IMG/VR virus record: IMGVR_UViG_3300020045_004126
Span: 1 to 40,750 of that record
From: a virus
Taxonomy: Duplodnaviria; Caudoviricetes
Direction: 5' to 3' (one strand)
Length of the DNA stretch: 40,750 bases
Part shown: positions 19,054 through 26,602 of the stretch, in pieces
How positions within the stretch are numbered: the first letter of the stretch is position 1
Layout of the letters: the number at the start of each line of letters is the position of its first letter
The notes under the pieces: model-generated
What the model was told of the DNA's origin: nothing
The model's database searches: none
Seen by the model: only the letters and a program-made list of their open reading frames with translations
Made by a program: the position numbers and the translations under genes

Positions 19054-20363
19054 TGGTAGTTATTTCTACATACAGCAATCGCGAATTTTATTTCAATGGC
19101 ACCCGCTACCTGCGCAACTACATTAGCCGGGTATCGGGTACTAAAGTAGCGATATTCAACTGCTACGAAAATGCCGACGTACTTGTAGAGCCTTTAGAGT
19201 TTGACCAGTTCAATATCGAGGGCGAAACGTTTGCCGATGCTAACGAGGTGCAAGCTGCCCTTAACCAAATCATATACAGCCGCGGCACTTTAGGCAACGA
19301 CGTTCCGGAGCTTGTGCAGGATAACAAATTTAAGGCCGTAAATGTAGCGATTGATTTAGAAGACGACAAAACAGCCATTGCTACAAAAATAAACGCCCTA
19401 GCGGCATATAACGTTACCGAGTTTGAGAATGTACTGTACATCGCGCAAACGCCCACGGGCGAAAGTCCTTCACGTTATGCCGTGCTATTTGCTAAAGGTC
19501 AGGGTAAAGGCACCTACGGTAGTGGGGCAACTCAAATAACGGCCGGTAACTTTGAGTTTTTAAGTGACGGCATAAGCGGCACCCCCGCCATAGACCAGGA
19601 CAACATCGCAAAATACCGTACCTACCTGATTGATGGGGCAGACTATACCCCGACGCAGGTACTTGCCGCAGTAAATGAGGGACCGGCCTTTACGATTACT
19701 GAAAAGCAGTTATACTGGATAACGTCCTACGCTAAAACGCCAAACGAAGGAGGTTTCGGCTTCGCACTATCTAACGGCCGAAACTGGAAGATTATAAACA
19801 AAGGCAAAGGTACATACGGGAGCGGCGGCGTGGCTTTAACCCTAAGCGATTTGAGATATAACGGTGTGGCCGATTTCTCCGCTGCGGATATAGCCGACGA
19901 CCCAACAACGCAGATAATACCCTACGGGGCATTGACAGGCCAAACTATCGAGGACTGGCTAAATGAGCAGAACCCGGCAATTGCGATACAGGGGCAGGAT
20001 GAAGGATACGTATTGTTTACCGGTAGTATTGACGGAACCGACATAGATTACCTCTTTGCAGGTGCCGCCGGTGATTACGGTTTAGGTGAAGACCAGGCAA
20101 CCGCCGAAGACTTCCAGGCCATACCACAGGAGGTCACCCCGTCGCCAGCTTCAGGGCAAATAAAGATATTGATTGACGAAGATAACCCAGGGCAGTATCA
20201 AAGTGATGCACTTGTAGGCCGTTCAGTAAATGCGATTTTAGCTAACGGCGTTATGTATGACGACTTTAGCCTGCCGGCAGAGTACGATTTTAATATTGCC
20301 ACGGGGCAAATATCAGGTATAGAAGGCATCGCCTCTGCAAACATAGTAGTATTTTATTCTTAA
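19053..20363 (+). CDS. Structural protein with internal repeats
   Basis: GKGTYGSG twice plus GAAGDYGLG; acidic, Gly-rich. Confidence 0.65.
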   Translation: MVVISTYSNREFYFNGTRYLRNYISRVSGTKVAIFNCYENADVLVEPLEFDQFNIEGETFADANEVQAALNQIIYSRGTLGNDVPELVQDNKFKAVNVAIDLEDDKTAIATKINALAAYNVTEFENVLYIAQTPTGESPSRYAVLFAKGQGKGTYGSGATQITAGNFEFLSDGISGTPAIDQDNIAKYRTYLIDGADYTPTQVLAAVNEGPAFTITEKQLYWITSYAKTPNEGGFGFALSNGRNWKIINKGKGTYGSGGVALTLSDLRYNGVADFSAADIADDPTTQIIPYGALTGQTIEDWLNEQNPAIAIQGQDEGYVLFTGSIDGTDIDYLFAGAAGDYGLGEDQATAEDFQAIPQEVTPSPASGQIKILIDEDNPGQYQSDALVGRSVNAILANGVMYDDFSLPAEYDFNIATGQISGIEGIASANIVVFYS

Positions 20364-20374
20364 CTAATATAATC

Positions 20375-22669
20375 ATGAGAAAACTTTTTTACTTATTATT
20401 TCTTTTACCCCTTGTAGGGCTGGCGCAGAATGCGACAATAACCTCTACGGGTACAACAACTTCAGTTACTAAATTTAACGGTGGCGTATGGGCTGACAGG
20501 ATATTAAAAACGCCTGTAGTCGATACCGCTTCGCTATTTCCAAATATCGCTAACCTGGGCCGCGTACTTACTTATAATAACAGGCTGTACCATCACAACG
20601 GCACCTACTATAAAAAGCTGGCCTATGCGTCCGATTACGAATTACCGTCGCTGCAAGACGTTATCGAAGTAAACCCATACGCCACTTATGCAGATGAGGT
20701 GCGCATAACTTCGGGGGCGGGTACTATCTTTACTGAATTTTCACTATCCCCTACCGTATCAGCTTTAACGCATAGCAGCGCCGCAAACTTTAGCCAAATA
20801 GCATTAAGCAACCACTTTGTAGGCTTAAGCGCTGTAGATAACCAATTAAGCATTAACCCCGATAGCGCAAGTATAAACAGCGCCTTCGGTGTAGGTGCGC
20901 CGGTAAACCCCGGTGACGCTGTCAGGCTAAGCGATTTGGAAGCGGCTACTACTGGAACGTTTGTGCCATTAGGGGGTACTACAACGCCTGTTACTGGAAA
21001 TATTGAATTTGTAGAAGGCGCATACATTCAAAACACAAGCGATGGTATAAACAGATTATTTTTGAACGATAATACAGTTGGTTTATTATCATATAACCCA
21101 GGCACTGAATATACAACAACCCTGCAATTATCAGGAGGTTCAGGGAGCGAAATAGCGAGTGATAACCCAACATTCGTAGGTATAGAATACGGAGCAGATT
21201 ATTCAGCTAATTACACAAGCCGTTCACTCGTAGATAAAGGGTATGTGGATGGATTAGCAGGCATCCCCCTAAGCGGCACGGTAAGCGGTAGCCCTGTTAC
21301 GGGGAATATTGAATTTCAAAATAATAAAGGGCTTGATTTTGGGCATACCGGCGATGGCTATGGATATAATGGCAGGGTATATGGCGAAGATAATAATATC
21401 TTCCTACTTATAGACAACTACACCGATAGTAGCGTATCTTATCTTACACTAAACACGGCTGGCATAAACATTGGTGGTGATTCCGCAGATTTAAAAGGAA
21501 TTTACTCGGTATCAGATTTCTCAGCGGTTGACCCAACCAATAAGCTAATATACGCACAAAGGCAATATGTAGACGATGCGGTAGCGGCGGCAGGAGGCGG
21601 TAGCCAAACTTTAGACCAAACGCTTACCAACGGAAGCACTACAGGGCAAAGTATTACTTTTACAGATACGGGAAGCCCGGCTGGATTGAACGGCAGTACC
21701 GCAGGATTTGTTAAATTTTCAGGCGGTAATTTATTGGTGGGCTCAAACTCAACCAGCAGTAAGGTAACAACCTTTAAAGACCACGGTATTGAATTAGGCA
21801 GCGCCATAACAGATGGTATTAAAGGGCTTGCCGATTATTCAGCAAACTATACCGCAAACTCATTTGTACAGCATGATTGGGTGTTATCGCAAATACCTGC
21901 TACAAGTTCATTTTTAGTAAAAGCGAATAACCTTAGCGACCTTACCAATGCAGGCACAGCACGAACTAATTTAGGGCTTACGACACTGGCTACAACAACG
22001 CCAGGTACTAACGTTGCTACGTTCCTTACAACACCTACAAGTGCTAATTTAGCAGCGGCGGTTACGGACGAAACAGGTTCAGGGGCGTTAGTGTTTGGCA
22101 CCAGCCCTACATTCACAACAAGCATAACTACGCCAATAGTAGCCCCCGCAGCAACTTCAGGCAGCACAGTAGGTACAACATCACTTCCGTATGAAAACGT
22201 GTATGCTCAAAACGTATACCGTCCTACAGGGGCTATGATGATAGGTACACAGGCGAGTAATTCATTAGGCTTTGCCACAAATAACGTATCACGGTGGAGT
22301 ATAGCGAGCGGAGGGGCATTTGCGCCTGTTACAAATAATACCTACACTTTTGGAACATCTACATTGCGCCCTTCAATAGGGTATTTCGTGGCGCTTGACT
22401 GTACAGGGCAGGTAACCGTAGCTACTCCCACAGCGAGCGATAGCGCCACAACAAAAGCCTACGTAGATGCGGGCGCTTACGGCTATGCTGTTAACGCTGC
22501 TACTACCGGACTATCTTCTGCAACGCTTAACAGCACTTATCCAAACGTTCCGGTAGGCTACAGGGTAATATGTGGCAGTATAACATTAGGCGGGGCTATA
22601 TACACTAAATATTCAGAAGCAGGAAGCAGCGACGTTTGGTTGATGTGTAGTGCGCCAGTTCAACCTTAA
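20375..22669 (+). CDS. Tail fibre/adhesin-like protein with N-terminal signal peptide
   Basis: NNLSDLTNAGTARTNLGL and ATTKAYVD fibre motifs; S/T/G-rich; MRKLFYLLFLLPLVGLA-Q N-terminus. Confidence 0.75.
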   Translation: MRKLFYLLFLLPLVGLAQNATITSTGTTTSVTKFNGGVWADRILKTPVVDTASLFPNIANLGRVLTYNNRLYHHNGTYYKKLAYASDYELPSLQDVIEVNPYATYADEVRITSGAGTIFTEFSLSPTVSALTHSSAANFSQIALSNHFVGLSAVDNQLSINPDSASINSAFGVGAPVNPGDAVRLSDLEAATTGTFVPLGGTTTPVTGNIEFVEGAYIQNTSDGINRLFLNDNTVGLLSYNPGTEYTTTLQLSGGSGSEIASDNPTFVGIEYGADYSANYTSRSLVDKGYVDGLAGIPLSGTVSGSPVTGNIEFQNNKGLDFGHTGDGYGYNGRVYGEDNNIFLLIDNYTDSSVSYLTLNTAGINIGGDSADLKGIYSVSDFSAVDPTNKLIYAQRQYVDDAVAAAGGGSQTLDQTLTNGSTTGQSITFTDTGSPAGLNGSTAGFVKFSGGNLLVGSNSTSSKVTTFKDHGIELGSAITDGIKGLADYSANYTANSFVQHDWVLSQIPATSSFLVKANNLSDLTNAGTARTNLGLTTLATTTPGTNVATFLTTPTSANLAAAVTDETGSGALVFGTSPTFTTSITTPIVAPAATSGSTVGTTSLPYENVYAQNVYRPTGAMMIGTQASNSLGFATNNVSRWSIASGGAFAPVTNNTYTFGTSTLRPSIGYFVALDCTGQVTVATPTASDSATTKAYVDAGAYGYAVNAATTGLSSATLNSTYPNVPVGYRVICGSITLGGAIYTKYSEAGSSDVWLMCSAPVQP

Positions 22670-22678
22670 TTTATAATT

Positions 22679-23032
22679 ATGAGAACAAAAATAATAAACT
22701 GCCTTAATGGTATATGGGCTGCCCTGATAATTGTATTTGTGTTTAAGGGTTCTGAAAGCATGCAGGGGGTTGAGCAGTGGCAATACACTGTAGGCTGCTC
22801 ATTATTTGGCGTGTTAGCCGCGTTGCCGCAATTTGGTTTTAACTGGCTACAATCAGGTCATACGTGGGCAAACGATAAGACTGAGATATTATTAGCAGGT
22901 GTAGCCGGGGTTATTAGCGGTTTTATTCTATCTTTTTTAGCGGCTGGTAGCTGGATGTGGATAACCGCAGCCGGGATATTATTGTTTAATTTAGCCTTAT
23001 GGAAATTGGGTGGTAAAATATTTGGAAAATGA
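22679..23032 (+). CDS. Membrane protein (~4 TM)
   Basis: Hydrophobic segments. Confidence 0.7.
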   Translation: MRTKIINCLNGIWAALIIVFVFKGSESMQGVEQWQYTVGCSLFGVLAALPQFGFNWLQSGHTWANDKTEILLAGVAGVISGFILSFLAAGSWMWITAAGILLFNLALWKLGGKIFGK

Positions 23033-23256
23033 AAATACTACAAGATAACATTAAGCCGATACTGGCTACCTTTGTAAATATTATGGGTTTCGCTTATTTT
23101 TTTGTTTGTCTTTTTTCGCATGCAAAACCCGACCCTCAAATCATAATAGCGATAGTAGGCACTATGTCGGTAGTTAACTCTTATTACTTTGGGGCGAGCA
23201 CCGGCGCAAGCAAAAAAGACGACGTAATACAACAATTAACAGAAAATCAAAAATAA
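23029..23256 (+). CDS. Holin-like membrane protein (2 TM)
   Basis: Two TM segments then YYFGASTGASKKD. Confidence 0.7.
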   Translation: MKILQDNIKPILATFVNIMGFAYFFVCLFSHAKPDPQIIIAIVGTMSVVNSYYFGASTGASKKDDVIQQLTENQK

Positions 23257-23411
23257 TGCAGGAAAAAATTAAAATTACAGTTACGGCCATTACGCCGCAA
23301 ATTAAAACCGACCTGTCTAACAAAGTTCTAAACGACCCGCTGTATAACGGTTTTGACCTTTATATTAGTGGCGAGTTTATAGGAGGGAGGCCGAAAGGTG
23401 GCAGGGGTTAA
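23256..23411 (+). CDS. Small peptide (51 aa) ending FIGGRPKGGRG
   Basis: Translated by hand; TAATG-coupled; fills gap. Confidence 0.7.
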   Translation: MQEKIKITVTAITPQIKTDLSNKVLNDPLYNGFDLYISGEFIGGRPKGGRG

Positions 23412-23796
23412 AAGCCTTTGGATAGTATGGATTGCCGCAATTGTTTTAGTTGCGGCATTTCAATTATGGAATATACCGTATTTCTCCGAAGCAAAGGGCT
23501 TTCCTTGCAATCTATATTTTACAGGTACGGCAATAGCATTCTTTTTATTTTGCCTGTTTATTTTTATTAACTTTCGGACAAAATTTATATCTGTTATATT
23601 ATTAGGGCTTTCTTTTAATAATCTGATAGACGAGTTATTTTTTGACCCTACAAAAATGCAGTTAAATGAATTGTTATTTACTATTGGTATTATTAGCTTT
23701 GGTGTATACAGGAACACACTTATTAGAGGAGCTGCTCGCAGCAATAATAAAGCTGCTACCGATGGCCGTGTCGGCATCGGTAGCCGTAACACTTAG
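23398..23796 (+). CDS. Membrane protein (~4 TM)
   Basis: GTG start; hydrophobic; NNLIDELFFDP motif. Confidence 0.7.
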   Translation: MAGVKSLWIVWIAAIVLVAAFQLWNIPYFSEAKGFPCNLYFTGTAIAFFLFCLFIFINFRTKFISVILLGLSFNNLIDELFFDPTKMQLNELLFTIGIISFGVYRNTLIRGAARSNNKAATDGRVGIGSRNT

Positions 23797-24064
23797 GCTA
23801 ATCATGGAAGCAAAGAAAAATAAAATAACCAAGATAGATATATTTCTATCGTATGTATCTGCGGTAGGCATAAGCTACATATTTTATCCTGCTATAGTGG
23901 AGTACTCAAAACCTGAGTTTATCCCCCTATCCATAGGGCTTGTAGTTTTAAGTGGTAACCAAATAGTGAATTACGTTGTGTACAAATTAAAAATATCCTT
24001 ATTCTTAGGTTTGTTCTTTGAATGGGCTTACAATAAACTTAAATTAATACTTGGTATCAAATGA
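23702..24064 (+). CDS. Holin-like membrane protein (start uncertain: 23666, 23702 or 23762)
   Basis: Three or more hydrophobic segments; upstream of endolysin. Confidence 0.6.
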   Translation: MYTGTHLLEELLAAIIKLLPMAVSASVAVTLRLIMEAKKNKITKIDIFLSYVSAVGISYIFYPAIVEYSKPEFIPLSIGLVVLSGNQIVNYVVYKLKISLFLGLFFEWAYNKLKLILGIK

Positions 24065-24156
24065 GACTATTATATTTTATGGTACAGGCATGGGTAGTAT
24101 CTTTGTCGTACCAAATCGTAGACGAAATAATTAAATACTGTATAGCATGCAATTAA
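24061..24156 (+). CDS. Small hydrophobic peptide (31 aa)
   Basis: ATGA-coupled; stop overlaps endolysin start. Confidence 0.5.
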   Translation: MRLLYFMVQAWVVSLSYQIVDEIIKYCIACN

Positions 24157-24521
24157 CTAAAAACTTTACGCGCCAGGAGTTCGATTGTAACGACGGTACG
24201 CAGGTACCCGAGCAATACATGCCCAACTGTAAAAAGGTTGCCGAGAACTTGCAGGCCCTGAGAGACTACCTTAAAGAACCTGTTTTAATAACCGGCAGCG
24301 GTTACCGTACCCCTACGCATAATAAAGCCGTTGGCGGGGCTAAAAACAGTCAGCATCTATATGCTAACGCCGCAGATATAAACGTGCGCAGCAAAAGCCC
24401 TAAGCAGCTTGCAGCTGTTATAGAGAAACTTATTAAGGCCGGTAAAATGGAGCAGGGAGGTATAGGAATTTATAAAGGCTTTGTGCATTACGACAGGCGG
24501 GGAACTAAAGCCCGATGGTAA
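24147..24521 (+). CDS. Endolysin, peptidase M15 family
   Basis: SGYR..HN..VGG..SQH...AADI...FVHYDRRG. Confidence 0.9.
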   Translation: MQLTKNFTRQEFDCNDGTQVPEQYMPNCKKVAENLQALRDYLKEPVLITGSGYRTPTHNKAVGGAKNSQHLYANAADINVRSKSPKQLAAVIEKLIKAGKMEQGGIGIYKGFVHYDRRGTKARW

Positions 24522-24524
24522 AAT

Positions 24525-24555
24525 AAAAAAAAGCCCCGCTATTACCTGGGGCTTT
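24525..24555 (-). terminator. Intrinsic terminator, strongest on the minus strand
   Basis: AAAGCCCC/GGGGCTTT stem; A8 at 24525-24532 gives U8 on the minus strand. Confidence 0.75.
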
Positions 24556-24613
24556 CTGTTTTCTCAAATGTACTCAAACGTTAAAAGTATGGAACTGCTT
24601 ATCGTCCTGACAG
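24525..24613 (-). ncRNA. Candidate antisense sRNA (sRNA2, ~88 nt)
   Basis: Bounded by minus-strand promoter and minus-strand terminator; ends approximate. Confidence 0.6.
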
Positions 24614-24617
24614 AGTA

Positions 24618-24647
24618 CAAACATACAAAACTTTATTTTATATGCAA
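24618..24647 (-). promoter_or_regulatory. Minus-strand Bacteroidota promoter
   Basis: TTG (24647-24645), 19-nt spacer, TATGTTTG (24625-24618). Confidence 0.7.
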
Positions 24648-25112
24648 TTAAAAACATTAATTATTTTACTGCTGTGTCTTACAAGCTGCGACGTGCAAAG
24701 GCAGGTAGCTAAAACCAGTAGCAGCACCGACACGCAGGAACAACTAGAGCAGATCACACAGCGCAAGGGCGACACGGTAACCTATAAAAACGTGCTGCAT
24801 GTAAAGGATACCACTATCTACACCGTAAACAAGCAGGGAACGACACTAAGGACCGTTTACGATAGCAGCGGTAACGTTAGCCAGGTAGATTGCTTTTCGT
24901 CTGCCATAAGCGAGATATTGAAGTATTCTAAAGATATGCAGCAGGCCAATAGCACAAAGGATAAAACCGAGTCGGCAAAGTTCGACCCTACTTTTATATA
25001 CGTTGCCGGGGGCGTTATTACTGTAGTGCTGTGCTTCTGTATATTTCTGCTGTACCGCACCATAAATCAAAACAGTAAAGTTTTACAGGGTTTAGCGTCG
25101 AAGCTATTATAA
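24642..25112 (+). CDS. Putative unimolecular spanin (lipoprotein with C-terminal TM)
   Basis: Lipobox LTSC, beta-rich middle, C-terminal TM; after endolysin. Confidence 0.7.
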   Translation: MQLKTLIILLLCLTSCDVQRQVAKTSSSTDTQEQLEQITQRKGDTVTYKNVLHVKDTTIYTVNKQGTTLRTVYDSSGNVSQVDCFSSAISEILKYSKDMQQANSTKDKTESAKFDPTFIYVAGGVITVVLCFCIFLLYRTINQNSKVLQGLASKLL

Positions 25113-25118
25113 AAATAC

Positions 25119-25126
25119 TATATTTG
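25119..25126 (+). promoter_or_regulatory. -7 promoter element for sRNA1
   Basis: TATATTTG followed by C as in other phage promoters; -33 element weak. Confidence 0.65.
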
Positions 25127-25129
25127 CAC

Positions 25130-25195
25130 AAAGGCTTTCTTTACATGGTTTGAAAGGCTTTTACCCAAAAGAGATACTTCGGTATCTCTTTTTTT
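25130..25195 (+). ncRNA. Candidate trans-acting sRNA (sRNA1, ~65 nt) with anti-start-codon loop
   Basis: Stem 25130-25139/25152-25161 (one G-G mismatch), loop UUUACAUGGUUU, then terminator. Confidence 0.65.
25167..25195 (+). terminator. Intrinsic terminator (cUUCGg tetraloop)
   Basis: GAGATAC-TTCG-GTATCTC then T7. Confidence 0.9.
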
Positions 25196-25205
25196 GTGCC
25201 TATGC

Positions 25206-25489
25206 GTAAACCATGTAAACGAAGTATCTCATTTATGGTTTACGCCTAAAGCCTATATTTTACAGGGCTTCGCATCAAAATAAACCATGTAAACCATTAT
25301 TATACTAAAAGATTAATATTATATAATAATAGGGGATATACAATACATAACCCGTAATAAGCACCCGTAAATGCGTATATACGCCTATAAGAGATTAACG
25401 TTTACATGGTTTACGTTTCTGTCGTTTTAGGGCTTGATATATTGATTTGCAAATACTTGACATGTAAACCATAAAAAAGCATGGTTTAC
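25206..25489. repeat. Origin-like locus B (GTAAACCAT iterons flanking AT-rich core)
   Basis: Forward copies 25206, 25280, 25289, 25464; reverse copies 25235, 25406, 25481; homologous to locus A. Confidence 0.75.
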
Positions 25490-25504
25490 GCTGAAAATAA
25501 AGTA

Positions 25505-25544
25505 AAAAATATTTTTGGTTTTTATAAAAATAGGTTTATATTTG
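25505..25544 (+). promoter_or_regulatory. Promoter of replication/early operon
   Basis: TTTG 25514-25517, 19-nt spacer, TATATTTG 25537-25544. Confidence 0.85.
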
Positions 25545-25567
25545 CTGAAGTAAAAAACAAAGAAACC

Positions 25568-25756
25568 ATGCTAAAGTACATTGAAGTGAGTAATTGCTTA
25601 AGTTGCCCGCATTATTCGGAAGAGAATAACGTGTATCGGCACGGAACTACCGGGTACTTAAGTTTATGCGGCGCTTTAAGTCAGGAAATAGAATTTACAG
25701 ATAAAGCCGACACACCTTCGGTATACGAACGAGTAGCTAAAAAATGCCCTTTATAA
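25568..25756 (+). CDS. Small Cys-rich protein (62 aa)
   Basis: AAACCATG start; CLSCPH...C...CPL. Confidence 0.75.
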   Translation: MLKYIEVSNCLSCPHYSEENNVYRHGTTGYLSLCGALSQEIEFTDKADTPSVYERVAKKCPL

Positions 25757-25769
25757 ACTAAACACAACT

Positions 25770-26168
25770 ATGAACAACCTAAAAATACAAGAGGCAATTA
25801 CCGCCAGTGGCTTAGATAAGCCCGCTATTGCAGCACAACTATTCCCGTCTAACCAATACCCGGTTATGGCCCTTGACAGGGTTATGAAGGGCGACGGCGA
25901 CCTTAGCTCAACGCAGATAACTAAACTATCCGAATTGTCAGGCATGCCGGTTGCTGCTATATTTGGCGAAACCTGGCGCAAGGCAGAAAGTAATGGCAAG
26001 CTAACCCGTTTCACAAATGGCGAGTATACCGCAGAACTCGACCGTACCGACTGGACTACCCGAGTGTACCACAATGCCGAGCTAATCAGCGAAACGGTTA
26101 TACACAGCGGCACTATGGCGCTGAGTGTTTACCTGCAAGAGATTGAAAAGATTATAAATTCAAAATAA
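25770..26168 (+). CDS. Putative HTH DNA-binding protein
   Basis: XRE-like pattern IAAQLF...ALDRVMKG...LSSTQITKLSELSGMPV. Confidence 0.6.
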   Translation: MNNLKIQEAITASGLDKPAIAAQLFPSNQYPVMALDRVMKGDGDLSSTQITKLSELSGMPVAAIFGETWRKAESNGKLTRFTNGEYTAELDRTDWTTRVYHNAELISETVIHSGTMALSVYLQEIEKIINSK

Positions 26169-26181
26169 ATATTTTAAAACC

Positions 26182-26325
26182 ATGAGTACACACTACAGGC
26201 CAGCAATTACCGAACCTAGAACCGTTTTAAATCCTATGCGCTTTTGGGTATCTATCCAAAACAAATACTTTAAAGGCAAAACGCCTTCAGGGTATCGCTT
26301 ATTGAATAATTCAAATATTAAATAA
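26182..26325 (+). CDS. Small hypothetical protein (47 aa)
   Basis: Translated by hand; AAACCATG start. Confidence 0.65.
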   Translation: MSTHYRPAITEPRTVLNPMRFWVSIQNKYFKGKTPSGYRLLNNSNIK

Positions 26326-26328
26326 ACC

Positions 26329-26580
26329 ATGAAAAAATTAATTATTTTTGGCAGCCTACTTCTTTTAGGTTCGTGCGCTAAGTTAGATTACAGCGTGCAG
26401 CAGGAGGTTAGGGAGGAAAAACTTTGCACGTATATTTGGAAATACAACCGTTTATTGGGGGAAAACGACATAGTTTACTATCGGTTTGATACCCTTAACC
26501 TCGCTACATTCGACAGCGTACAGCAGCTAAGACTCAGGCAAGCAGATAGTTTACTCGTAAGATTTGAAAAACTTAAATAA
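26329..26580 (+). CDS. Small lipoprotein
   Basis: MKK, hydrophobic stretch, LGSC lipobox. Confidence 0.75.
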   Translation: MKKLIIFGSLLLLGSCAKLDYSVQQEVREEKLCTYIWKYNRLLGENDIVYYRFDTLNLATFDSVQQLRLRQADSLLVRFEKLK

Positions 26581-26602
26581 TTTTAAACACTTAAATAAAA
26601 CC

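Noticed and set aside
20375-22669. Diversity-generating retroelement target or invertible fibre segment
   Set aside because: No reverse transcriptase, invertase or adenine-variable template repeat seen
23381-23390. AGGAGGGAGG as a functional Shine-Dalgarno site for the GTG at 23398
   Set aside because: Explained by Gly-Gly-Arg codons of the overlapping peptide; Bacteroidota rarely use SD pairing, though spacing is suitable and it cannot be fully excluded
25481-25567. Longer N-termini given by the ORF track (25481; likewise 983, 2575, 2841, 9075, 12944, 13119, 26564, 35064, 39933)
   Set aside because: They run through promoters or upstream genes; downstream ATGs with AAACCATG context, stop-start coupling or better gene packing fit better
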